From Methanobacteriota archaeon (GTDB taxonomy: Archaea > JACRDV01): DNA of 13,478 nucleotides. Below are positions 7,301-13,478 of this stretch, one piece after another. Made by a program: the position numbers and the translations under genes. The DNA is taken from assembly GCA_024860865.1 (NCBI GenBank), contig JACRDV010000047.1:1-13478 (forward strand), written 5' to 3'. Within the stretch, counting starts at the first letter, position 1. Each line of letters begins with the position of its first letter. Below the pieces are notes generated by a model. It was not told where the DNA came from and did no database searches. It saw only the letters and a program-made list of their open reading frames with translations.

Positions 7301-7379
7301 CAAGGCTAGCTTGAATCCCAGAAACTCCTCCGCCAATGATTAATACAGCGCCAACATAATTCTTGGTCAATGTTCTCAA
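4344..7379 (-). CDS. hdrA: tandem HdrA-HdrA fusion protein (1011 aa), all-Cys
   Basis: Residues about 1-440: FAD domain (IIGGGVSG, FPTNDCSMCILAPKM, inserted CNGCGLCAEKCP/CIECRSCEFVC ferredoxin, YCSRVCC). Residues about 455-1011: second HdrA unit (VFVCHCGTNIAG N-domain, IGAGISG, YCSRVCC, C-terminal CIGCGQCVKIC/CKGCGGCVPTCP). The TTG start overlaps the upstream TGA stop (TTGA). Confidence 0.85.
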   Translation of the reverse strand: MRTLTKNYVGAVLIIGGGVSGIQASLDLAESGLKVYLVEKNPSIGGGMAQLDKTFPTNDCSMCILAPKMVEVARHPNIELITYAEVKEVKGHVGNFRIKIQKNPRYVDEKTCNGCGLCAEKCPVLIPNEFDSNIGAQKVIGLPFPQAVPAVYTIYKDFCIECRSCEFVCDKKAINFQQEPQEIQINVGAIIVSTGHAVFDAAKKSVYKFGIYKNVITSLEFERLLSASGPTQGHVIKFSDGQEPKNIAFIQCVGSRDEKIGNPYCSRVCCMYATKEAIIAKEHNRNLEITIFFMDLRAYGKAFQEYVQRARDEYGINYIRARVSDIQEDTKTNNLIIKYIDTVTSEYKKFEADMVVLSCGLVKQNNAEKLAQILNTELDENGFFKEKDLKTAPMDTAIPGIYICGTAQGPKDIPDSVAQGSGAAARAVIPIAEARGTLIKEKIFPLEKLVTIEEEPRIGVFVCHCGTNIAGVVNIPEVVNHAKSLPNVVYATNTVYACADDAQTQIKKAINDYNLNRVVVASCTPRTHEVLFRGTLKEGGLNPYLFEMANIREHSSWVHTHEPQEATERAKDQLRMAAAKARLLRPQEEKEIPVIPSALVIGAGISGMMAALNIADQGFKVYLVDKKSEPGGLLKEIYKVFPTNGYSKDVLEPIIKKVKEHNNIELLTSSTVKEVVGYIGNFDVKISREDQDILVKVGTIVVATGSQEFKPNGMFGYGKHPNVMTQLELEQKLANHELKNPKNIVMIQCVGAREENGRTYCSRVCCAVALKNAQTIKEMYPNCDVSICYRDIQSFGKKHEEYYEKTQEIGVNFLKYEPEKPPSVNDGKVLVFDNVLRREIELDADYIILSTPLVPTEDAETLSKTLKVPRSPDGFFAEAHAKLRPVEFMSDGIYLCGCAQGPKDITDSVSQACGAASRAIVPMAKGKIKLEALTTFVDIDVCIGCGQCVKICSFNAIKLKEIKPGISKADVEEVICKGCGGCVPTCPTGALSQKGFETIQIRSMVKAFLEE
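7036..7105. repeat. 70-nt block identical to 10091..10160 (copy 1, in tandem hdrA)
   Basis: Direct comparison shows cagccattgcaggtcttctcatcgacataccttgggtttttctggatttttatgcggaagttgccgacat in both paralogues. Confidence 0.95.
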
Positions 7380-8449
7380 CCTGATTTTTTAAGATTCCTT
7401 TGTGCTATTTGAAAGAGTGAACTTATTGGCAAACGGGGTGGGCACACGACATCGCAGGCTCCGCAGTTAGTACATGTTTCAGCTATGTGAAGTAAGCGAA
7501 TTAAATGAACTTGGGACTTATCTAAAGCCTTGCCTTCTTTCTTTAATATGCACAGCTTGCAAATACATAATGGGCAAGCCCTCACGCAAGCGAGACATTT
7601 AGTACATTTAGAGAAAAGCTTTCCATCCCACCAATATTTTAGTTTCTCACTATCGCTTAATTTTAAAAACTGCTCCTCAATTTCGCTTAAGATGTTTTCA
7701 GCTTGTCTTTGGATCTTATTTTTGAATTCATTGATAAAGTTAACAGCATTACCGTTTGGTTCAAATGAATATCCAGTATCTTCAAGTATTTTTTTAATGG
7801 AAGGATTCAAAACTTCAATAAAGAATTGAGAATTCGGCAATTGATAAATGAAAAGATCAGATCCACTCGAGGAAATCTTATCAAAGCAATGTTTGCAATT
7901 TGAACGAACTAGAACTCCTTTTTCTTCGAGTTCCTTAATTGAAAAATTTTTAGATTGGCCATCATCCAGTGTTAAGTGAAGGAATTCCTCATCAATTCGC
8001 TCGGACTTGATGGGTTTTTGTCCAATTATTTCTTCCAGTTTTTTAGCTGTTTTTACATTGATTGTTCCAAAACAGGATAATCCGACTATATAACCATTAA
8101 ATGAGTACCCTTTCTTCTTTAACTCATCAATTGCTTTGATATCGCAGGGCTTGGCAAACATCAAAAAATTTTTTGAATTTTTAATTGGTGTTAAATACAA
8201 ATACTTAGCCAAGTTCCCGTATAGTGATGGATAATAGCAATTAAAGGCAGAGACATTAAACTCAGATAATTTTTTCTCATCTTCAATTAGAATTGGTTTT
8301 ACTTCAAAATGAGACTTCTGTTTTTGAAAAATAACGGCACTATCAACTACTTTACTCTTTAAAGCGCTTTCAGCTAACTTTAAGATGAAATCATACAATT
8401 TTTCAGGGCGATCTAATTTTAGTTTAAGAACCTCTGGCAATAAAGCCAT
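7376..8449 (-). CDS. FrhB-like domain fused to an HdrC-like 2x[4Fe-4S] domain (357 aa)
   Basis: LAESALKSKVVDSAVI, AKPCDIKAI, GLSCFGT and CKHCFD parallel the FrhB motifs of the two neighbouring paralogues. The C-terminus has CTKCLACVRACP...CTNCGACDVVCP with the long spacer seen in HdrC-type proteins. Confidence 0.65.
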   Translation of the reverse strand: MALLPEVLKLKLDRPEKLYDFILKLAESALKSKVVDSAVIFQKQKSHFEVKPILIEDEKKLSEFNVSAFNCYYPSLYGNLAKYLYLTPIKNSKNFLMFAKPCDIKAIDELKKKGYSFNGYIVGLSCFGTINVKTAKKLEEIIGQKPIKSERIDEEFLHLTLDDGQSKNFSIKELEEKGVLVRSNCKHCFDKISSSGSDLFIYQLPNSQFFIEVLNPSIKKILEDTGYSFEPNGNAVNFINEFKNKIQRQAENILSEIEEQFLKLSDSEKLKYWWDGKLFSKCTKCLACVRACPLCICKLCILKKEGKALDKSQVHLIRLLHIAETCTNCGACDVVCPPRLPISSLFQIAQRNLKKSG

Positions 8450-8482
8450 CTCCTGCTTATGAAGCGAGTCGCAAGGAGGACC

Positions 8483-8899
8483 TTACGGCTTTCCCTCCGA
8501 GCTCACCCTCTTTAGAGGATTCTCACCAAGTTTTGAGAGTTTTTCAACTGCAGCATTGGCAGACTTCGCAAATTTGTCAGCATCCGCGGCAGAAAGGAGC
8601 AACACTTCAATCCGTTCGCCTAGGCCGATTGGAGCCAATATCTTTTTTGCAAGATCGACTTTTTGTTCCGCCAAAATGTTTCCATGTTTATAGTCGCAAT
8701 CGCCTTTTGTTCAGCCAATGACTAGAACTCCATCCATACCTTTTGTTAGAGCTCTAGCAATGTGGTTCACGCTTACTCTGCCTGCGCATGGGAATCTTAA
8801 GACTTTGAGCACAGCTGAGTATTGCTTTTTGACAGTACCAGCCAAGTCTGCTGCAGCATAACCTCATTTATAGCAAGCAAAAGCAACCATGTTGAGCAT
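8483..8899 (-). CDS. vhuD: VhuD/MvhD-like selenoprotein (138 aa) with two in-frame UGA (Sec12, Sec63)
   Basis: Reading through TGA at 8864..8866 and 8711..8713 gives MLNMVAFACYKUGYAAADLAG...GVLVIGUTKGDCDYKHGN. Both U align to Cys of the MvhD at 3937..4341 (FLCSWCGYGGADTAG; VLVCGCHPGDCHYSDGN). There are no other stops. ATG start with GGTGA 5 nt upstream. Confidence 0.85.
8711..8713 (-). other. UGA read as Sec63 of the VhuD-like protein
   Basis: Aligns to the second Cys of the CGC motif in the Cys paralogue. Confidence 0.8.
8864..8866 (-). other. UGA read as Sec12 of the VhuD-like protein
   Basis: Aligns to the Cys of the WCGYGG motif in the Cys paralogue. Confidence 0.8.
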
Positions 8900-8907
8900 T
8901 TTCTCAC

Positions 8908-10833
8908 CTATTGTGCCAAAGCATCAATTTGTGCATCAATTTGTGCATCTCTGTAGTATCGCAGAGTTATTGAGCTCGAAGGACAAACACCGGCACAAGA
9001 TCCACAGCCCTTACAAAGAATTTCGTCGACTACTGCCTTTTGGTTTTCAATTCTGATAGCATTGAAGGGGCAAGCATTTGCACAAAGTCCGCAGCCAACA
9101 CAGTTTTCTGTATCTACCAAAGCGCGAATGAGTTCAATTTCGACCTTACCTGCTATTAATGGATGTAAGGCAGTGACAGCAGCTGCTTGAGCTTGTGAAA
9201 CAGCATTAGCAATTGATTTTGGCCCAGCAGCGCACCCGCAGATAGAAACACCATCTATCCGTGTCTTAACTGGAGCCAATGCATAGTGGAACTCTTTAAA
9301 AAAGCCATATGAATCGATTTCAAGTCCAAGCATATTAGAAATTTCTCTTGCGCTCGGGTTCGAAAGCATAGCAGTTGATAGAACAACTAGATCTACTGTA
9401 TCATTGATTAATGTTTGGCGTAAAGTATCTTCGGCGTATATAGTCAGGCTCCTTGTTTCTGGGTCCTCTAGTATCTGGCCTATCTTACCCCGAACGAATT
9501 TAATGCCGAAGTCTTTTGAACGCATGAAGTATTCTTCGTTTAACTTTTCTTCTGCTCTAACATCGATATAGTAGATAGTGAGTTCGATCTCAGGATGATG
9601 TTGCTTGACGAGAGTTGCATTTTTTATTGCTACCATACAGCAAACAGTGGAGCAGTAAGGTTGAGAACGCAGATCTCTTGATCCGACGCACTGTATGAAG
9701 GCTATTTTCTTCACTTTTTTGCCGTCGGAAATCCTTACCAGTTCCCCTTCAGTCGGTCCGTTTGGGCTGAGAAGTCTTTCAAGTTCAAACTCTGTAATCA
9801 CATTGGGATAAGTGCCATATCCATAGTAACTTGGCTTATAAACCTCGAGTCCAGTAGCCACGATAATTGTTCCAATCTCGAGTTCGATCTCTTGTGGTTT
9901 TTGATTGAAGTCAATTGACTTTTTCTCGCAAACAAGTTCGCAACTTCGGCACTCTGTGCAAAATTCCTTTTCAATCGCATAGATTGCTGGAACTGCTTGA
10001 GAGAAAGGTAACCCAATTACCTTCCTTGCCCCTAGATTCGCATCGAATTCGTTTGGAATCAGCACTGGGCATTTCTCTGAACAAAGTCCACAGCCATTGC
10101 AGGTCTTCTCATCGACATACCTTGGGTTTTTCTGGATTTTTATGCGGAAGTTGCCGACATAACCGGTGATCTCTTTTACCTCGGCGTTTGTAATTAACTG
10201 AACATTTGGATGCTTTGACGTCTCCACCATTTTTGGAGCTAGAATTCACATTGCACAATCGTCAGTTGGAAAGATCCTGTCGTATCCTGCCATTCTTCCG
10301 CCTATGCTGGTTTTTTTCTCCACGAGGTAAACTTTGAATCCTCGGTTGGCAATATCGATGGCAGCTGTCATTCCAGCTATTCCTCCGCCGATAATTAGTG
10401 CTGTAGGTGTTACTGGGACTTCCTTTATTGGCACCTCTTCTAAATTTTTGGCCCTAGCGATCCCGGCCTTGACCAAAGAAATTGCTTTATCAGTTGCTTC
10501 CTTCGGTGTCTCTCTGTGCACAAATGAACAATGTTCCCGCAAGTTTACCATTTCAAAGAAATATTGGCTCAACCCAGCGCGCTTGAGAGCATTGCGGAAT
10601 GTTATTTCGTGCATTTTAGGGGTACAAGAAGCAACCACAACTCGATTTAGTCCCTGTTCCTTGATGTCTTTGATAATACCGTCCTGAGAAGGATCTGCGC
10701 ACATAAAGGTCTCACTTCTAGCCACCGTTACACTTGGAATCGATTTAACTGAGTTCATAACTTGCTCGACGTTCACTATACTGCCAATGTTAACTCCTCA
10801 TTTGCAGATGTAAACTCCCACTTTGGGTTCCAT
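8908..10833 (-). CDS. hdrA: HdrA (heterodisulfide reductase subunit A-type FAD/Fe-S protein), selenoprotein with two in-frame UGA (Sec12, Sec196), 641 aa
   Basis: Joins track ORFs 8908..10230 and 10246..10776 with 10777..10833. MEPKVGVYICKUGVNIGS aligns to EPRIGVFVCHCGTNIAG, and FPTDDCAMUILAPKMVE aligns to FPTNDCSMCILAPKMVE of the Cys paralogue. Full HdrA architecture: N-domain, FAD domain, inserted ferredoxin, C-terminal ferredoxin. ATG preceded by GGAGGTGGAGA. Confidence 0.88.
10091..10160. repeat. 70-nt block identical to 7036..7105 (copy 2, in Sec-hdrA)
   Basis: Direct comparison. Flanking sequence is diverged at most synonymous sites. Confidence 0.95.
10246..10248 (-). other. UGA read as Sec196 of HdrA
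   Basis: Aligns to the last Cys of DCSMC in the Cys paralogue. Confidence 0.85.
10798..10800 (-). other. UGA read as Sec12 of HdrA
   Basis: Aligns to the second Cys of the CHCG motif in the N-terminal Fe-S domain of the Cys paralogue. Confidence 0.8.
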
Positions 10834-10843
10834 TCTCCACCTC

Positions 10844-11896
10844 CTATTTGCTTGCCTTCTTCTTCGAAGCTGTTTTGTTGAGTTCATCTAAATTGACTTG
10901 ATCTGAGACTTCAATTAAGCCAGCTTTCTTAACTTCGTTGATTAATTCTGCACCCTTTTTAGAGCGTATGACTAAAGTCGACCAACGGTCTGGTGAACCC
11001 ACACTTCCAACTGATACATCAGCTAACTCTGCTGTAAAATCGGTGCACTTATGACAAGCATTTACTACACAGTCCATAAATTCTCTAACTTTTTTCTCAT
11101 GTACTCCTTCCTTTGTAGCGAAAATAAATTTGCCTTTTGTAATATTGGCTTTGATAAGTTTGTCAAAATCAATGTTAAACAAGTTTTTGACCTTAGTTCG
11201 TAATTTTTCATAAACAAAATTTTCATAACAGAATAGACCGATTGTTGTGATATCAATTCCATCGAACTTCTTGAAGAAATTTAACTGCAAATTTCTTGAA
11301 CCGCTAATTTGGCAACCCGTTCCAACCAGTATCATTTTTTTAAGTTTTTGTTCCATGATTGCTTTTCCAAGCACTTTGACCACCGGAGAGTTTGTGTATT
11401 TCGAGCCAGCAGAAGGAAGAAGCTGCTCCAAAGAAGTTGCTACATATGATTTTGGTCGCCAAGGTTCAACCCCATCTTTGCCAGTAACTATGGCTCCATC
11501 TACTAGTTTATTTTGAAGCGCATGAGCCAAAATCGTGGTTACGATACCGCCATCTTGTGAAATGTTCCCAATTTCAGAGCGCGTAGTTCGTGCGGCAGCA
11601 ATTTTAATGAATTTTCCGACCTGCTCACTTTTTGTACCTTCTAAGAAATTTTTCTCGATAGTATCGGTTGGGGTCTTTACCTTTGGGCAATTCTCGTAAC
11701 ACATACCATCGATTTCGCACTGAATTGCACCCACTTTAATTGTGCAATCTTTTACTAAGATTGGGTCATCGTAATTGATATCAATTCTATTACAAAGAGC
11801 AGAGCAGGTTCCACATCTGGAGCAAAGATTTTGGTCAATTATTTTTTTCTTTAACTCTTCATATCCAAGACTTTTTTTCATCAATGGAACTAGCAA
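10844..11896 (-). CDS. FrhB/FdhB-family Fe-S flavoprotein (about 345-350 aa)
   Basis: CSRCGTCSALC, SQDGGIVTTILAHAL, GTGCQISG, GLFCYEN and CHKCTDFTAELADVSVGS. The track start is TTG at 11896, abutting the upstream stop. An ATG at 11881 (MKKSLGY) is an equally plausible start. Confidence 0.8.
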   Translation of the reverse strand: MLVPLMKKSLGYEELKKKIIDQNLCSRCGTCSALCNRIDINYDDPILVKDCTIKVGAIQCEIDGMCYENCPKVKTPTDTIEKNFLEGTKSEQVGKFIKIAAARTTRSEIGNISQDGGIVTTILAHALQNKLVDGAIVTGKDGVEPWRPKSYVATSLEQLLPSAGSKYTNSPVVKVLGKAIMEQKLKKMILVGTGCQISGSRNLQLNFFKKFDGIDITTIGLFCYENFVYEKLRTKVKNLFNIDFDKLIKANITKGKFIFATKEGVHEKKVREFMDCVVNACHKCTDFTAELADVSVGSVGSPDRWSTLVIRSKKGAELINEVKKAGLIEVSDQVNLDELNKTASKKKASK

Positions 11897-12997
11897 TTAC
11901 CTCAACCCCTCAAAGTGGCTTGAAATAAAGCTGGTTAGATCTTGGACCTTTAAATTAGTATTTTTCATGGCTTCTTCGCTCAAAAGGCAGTTTAAGTGAA
12001 TGTTACACTTTGGACAAGGCACTATCAGGCTTTCGACTTTGGCTTTTCTAGCGTCGTTAATTTTTTGAGTTCTAATCAGCTTTGAATTTTCATCGCAGTT
12101 CATCCAAGCGCTCACACCGCAACACAATGAGTTTTCCCTCCTTCTCATTATTTCAGTGAAGTTAGTTCCTGCTATTGCTTTTATAATTTCTCTTGGAGAA
12201 TCATATACATTCAAGTGCCGGCCAAGTCTGCAAGAGTCATGATAACCAATTTTTATTTCAGATGGCTTAAACCGAAGATTTGGGAAATGTTTCTCTAGAA
12301 ACTCGGATATAAACAAGACTTCAATATTAAAATCAAATTTTTCATAATCAATTTTCAGGGTTCTATAGCATTCTGCGCAAGTCGTTATAATTTTTTTAAC
12401 TCCGCTAGCTTTTATCATTTCAATATTCTGTTTAGCAAGATTTTCAAATATTTGATATTCCCCGCGCCAAAAAGCATCATGACCACAGCATTTTGTTCTT
12501 AAAAGAACAGGTTCAATTCCAAGTTTGTTTAAAATTGAGAGGGCGTCTTGCACAATCTTCTTTCCATCAAAACCAATGTCTTTAAAAAATATATCTAAAT
12601 AAGGCAAACATCCGATAAAATATCCTATATCATTATTTTCGCTAGTTTTGTAACCCGAAGGCAGCCATATTTTCAATCGTGGCCAAATTTTATTTGACAC
12701 CATTATTTTATCTAAAAAATGGAAAAATCCTTTATGAGCGAAACAAAAAGGGTCTTCTTTTAGACCAGCTCGTTCTTCACGAACAGCCTCGGGTAAGTTG
12801 ATCTGCATTGGACAATTGGTATAGCAAGCTGCACAAGTTAAACACTGTTTTAAAAAATCTTTCGATATAGTATAACCTATGCTCGTGCCGTATACTGCTA
12901 TCCTAGGCGAAAATAATTTGAGGTCAGTAAAAAGCGGGCAGTTTCCTGAACAAACTCCGCACTGAGCGCATGTATTTGGGTTATATTTAATTGTCAT
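11897..12997 (-). CDS. hdrD: HdrD-like protein: HdrC-type 2x[4Fe-4S] domain fused to two CCG (HdrB-type) cysteine-rich domains (366 aa)
   Basis: CAQCGVCSGNCP...CLTCAACYTNCP, then the CCG motifs KCCGHD and LCCGVS with CAEC/CPKC. First gene of the operon, with no SD, so probably leaderless. Confidence 0.8.
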   Translation of the reverse strand: MTIKYNPNTCAQCGVCSGNCPLFTDLKLFSPRIAVYGTSIGYTISKDFLKQCLTCAACYTNCPMQINLPEAVREERAGLKEDPFCFAHKGFFHFLDKIMVSNKIWPRLKIWLPSGYKTSENNDIGYFIGCLPYLDIFFKDIGFDGKKIVQDALSILNKLGIEPVLLRTKCCGHDAFWRGEYQIFENLAKQNIEMIKASGVKKIITTCAECYRTLKIDYEKFDFNIEVLFISEFLEKHFPNLRFKPSEIKIGYHDSCRLGRHLNVYDSPREIIKAIAGTNFTEIMRRRENSLCCGVSAWMNCDENSKLIRTQKINDARKAKVESLIVPCPKCNIHLNCLLSEEAMKNTNLKVQDLTSFISSHFEGLR

Positions 12998-13022
12998 GAT
13001 TAATCATTGACAAATCTATTCT

Positions 13023-13035
13023 AAATATATAAAAA
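13023..13035 (-). promoter_or_regulatory. candidate operon promoter (TTTTTATATATTT) about 29-36 nt upstream of the hdrD-like ATG
   Basis: Strong TATA-like element. The spacing implies a transcription start a few nt before the ATG (short leader or leaderless). Confidence 0.45.
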
Positions 13036-13147
13036 TGTTTTTGCGACTATTTAGTATATTTGGAGGGATTCTGAGCCTTTATATTTTGTTTATATTATGT
13101 CTACTATGGTTCTGTTGCATTTTCGGGACTTGAAAAATAATTTTTTC

Positions 13148-13478
13148 TCATCTGCCCAAGCCTTGCTCAAGGCTTAATGTAACTTCTGGGCTTAGGCTCG
13201 GCGGATTAGAGTTCATTGATCCCCCGTTCCGCTTCAACACTGCATTTGCCCAGCTATCTGGAGCGAACCGCACTCCTTCATCTTGGGTTTTTAACAAATT
13301 GATTGCAGCATTAAGCTGCCTGTCTATTAATCCACACTTGGGGCAGCTTGCAAGGTGTACATTCGAGTATTCCAAATTTGACCCACATATCGTGCACCTT
13401 TGCGAAGTCCCCTTTGGGTTTACTTCGATTATTTTGGCTCCTTCCCAGAGAGCTTTATACTTTATAAAATTTTGAAGC
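13148..13478 (-). mobile_element. tnpB: TnpB-like (IS200/IS605 OrfB family) protein, C-terminal 109 aa only (5' part outside the window)
   Basis: The frame is open to the window edge: LQNFIKYKALWEGAKIIEVNPKGTSQRCTICGSNLEYSNVHLASCPKCGLIDRQLNAAINLL. This gives the CxxC...CxxC zinc ribbon plus the xNAAxN RuvC-III region. No transposon ends are identified. Confidence 0.8.

Noticed and set aside
8450-8454. AGGAG as the Shine-Dalgarno of the gene starting at 8449
   Set aside because: It abuts the AUG with 0-nt spacing, too close for normal SD function. I treat it as a structural element in the findings instead.
8650-10800. Bacterial-type SECIS hairpins immediately 3' of each UGA
   Set aside because: I found only weak 4-5-bp pairings (for example CAGC/GCUG after 8864, and GAGUUAAC...GUU-AACUC after 10798). 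They share no loop motif or common spacing across the four sites.
8483-10833. Reading the split ORFs (8483..8674, 8908..10230, 10246..10776) as pseudogene fragments of mvhD and hdrA
   Set aside because: Every interruption is a TGA at a conserved Cys column of the paralogue. The frame is otherwise intact over 2.3 kb, and start sites with good SD sequences exist at 8899 and 10833. Sec recoding explains this better than decay.
4450-11999. Short antisense or alternate-frame ORFs inside the hdr operon (4450..4701, 4532..4723, 5865..6068, 6920..7114, 7530..7829, 8533..8721, 9798..10016, 9915..10169, 10334..10687, 11065..11262, 11247..11516, 11775..11999)
   Set aside because: All are nested in long ORFs with clear family signatures. 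The similarity between 6920..7114 and 9915..10169 simply reflects the shared 70-nt hdrA tract.
1-13478. CRISPR arrays, large tandem repeats, or 16S/23S rRNA genes
   Set aside because: No regularly spaced direct repeats or large rRNA-like segments were seen. The only notable repeat is the hdrA 70-mer pair.

Overview
Low-GC window that looks archaeal: TATA-box promoters, BHB-bounded introns, and Hdr/Mvh/Frh-type genes. An Asgard/Lokiarchaeia-like origin is only a guess. Three parts. (1) 230..1260, minus strand: tRNA-Asp, a small ORF, 5S rRNA and tRNA-Tyr. All three RNA genes carry inserts bounded by bulge-helix-bulge (BHB) motifs: 29 nt in the tRNA-Asp D-arm, 23 nt in the 5S rRNA, and 239 nt in the tRNA-Tyr T-loop. 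(2) 1340..3929: a nitroreductase, a KaiC-like ATPase and an FrhB-family Fe-S flavoprotein. (3) 3937..12997: one tightly packed minus-strand operon of flavin-based electron-bifurcation-type genes. In transcription order: HdrD-like, FrhB-like, HdrA, VhuD/MvhD-like, FrhB/HdrC-like fusion, a 1011-aa tandem HdrA-HdrA fusion, MvhD. No hydrogenase large or small subunit is present. The ORF track splits HdrA and the VhuD-like gene, but each split is an in-frame TGA aligned to a conserved Cys of the Cys-paralogue 1.5-4 kb downstream. I read them as two selenoproteins with two Sec each. They have almost no 3' UTR, so the SECIS location is open. The right edge (13148..13478) holds the C-terminal part of a TnpB-like protein with DRQ in place of the usual DRD RuvC-III motif, just upstream of the operon promoter. 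No CRISPR array was seen.
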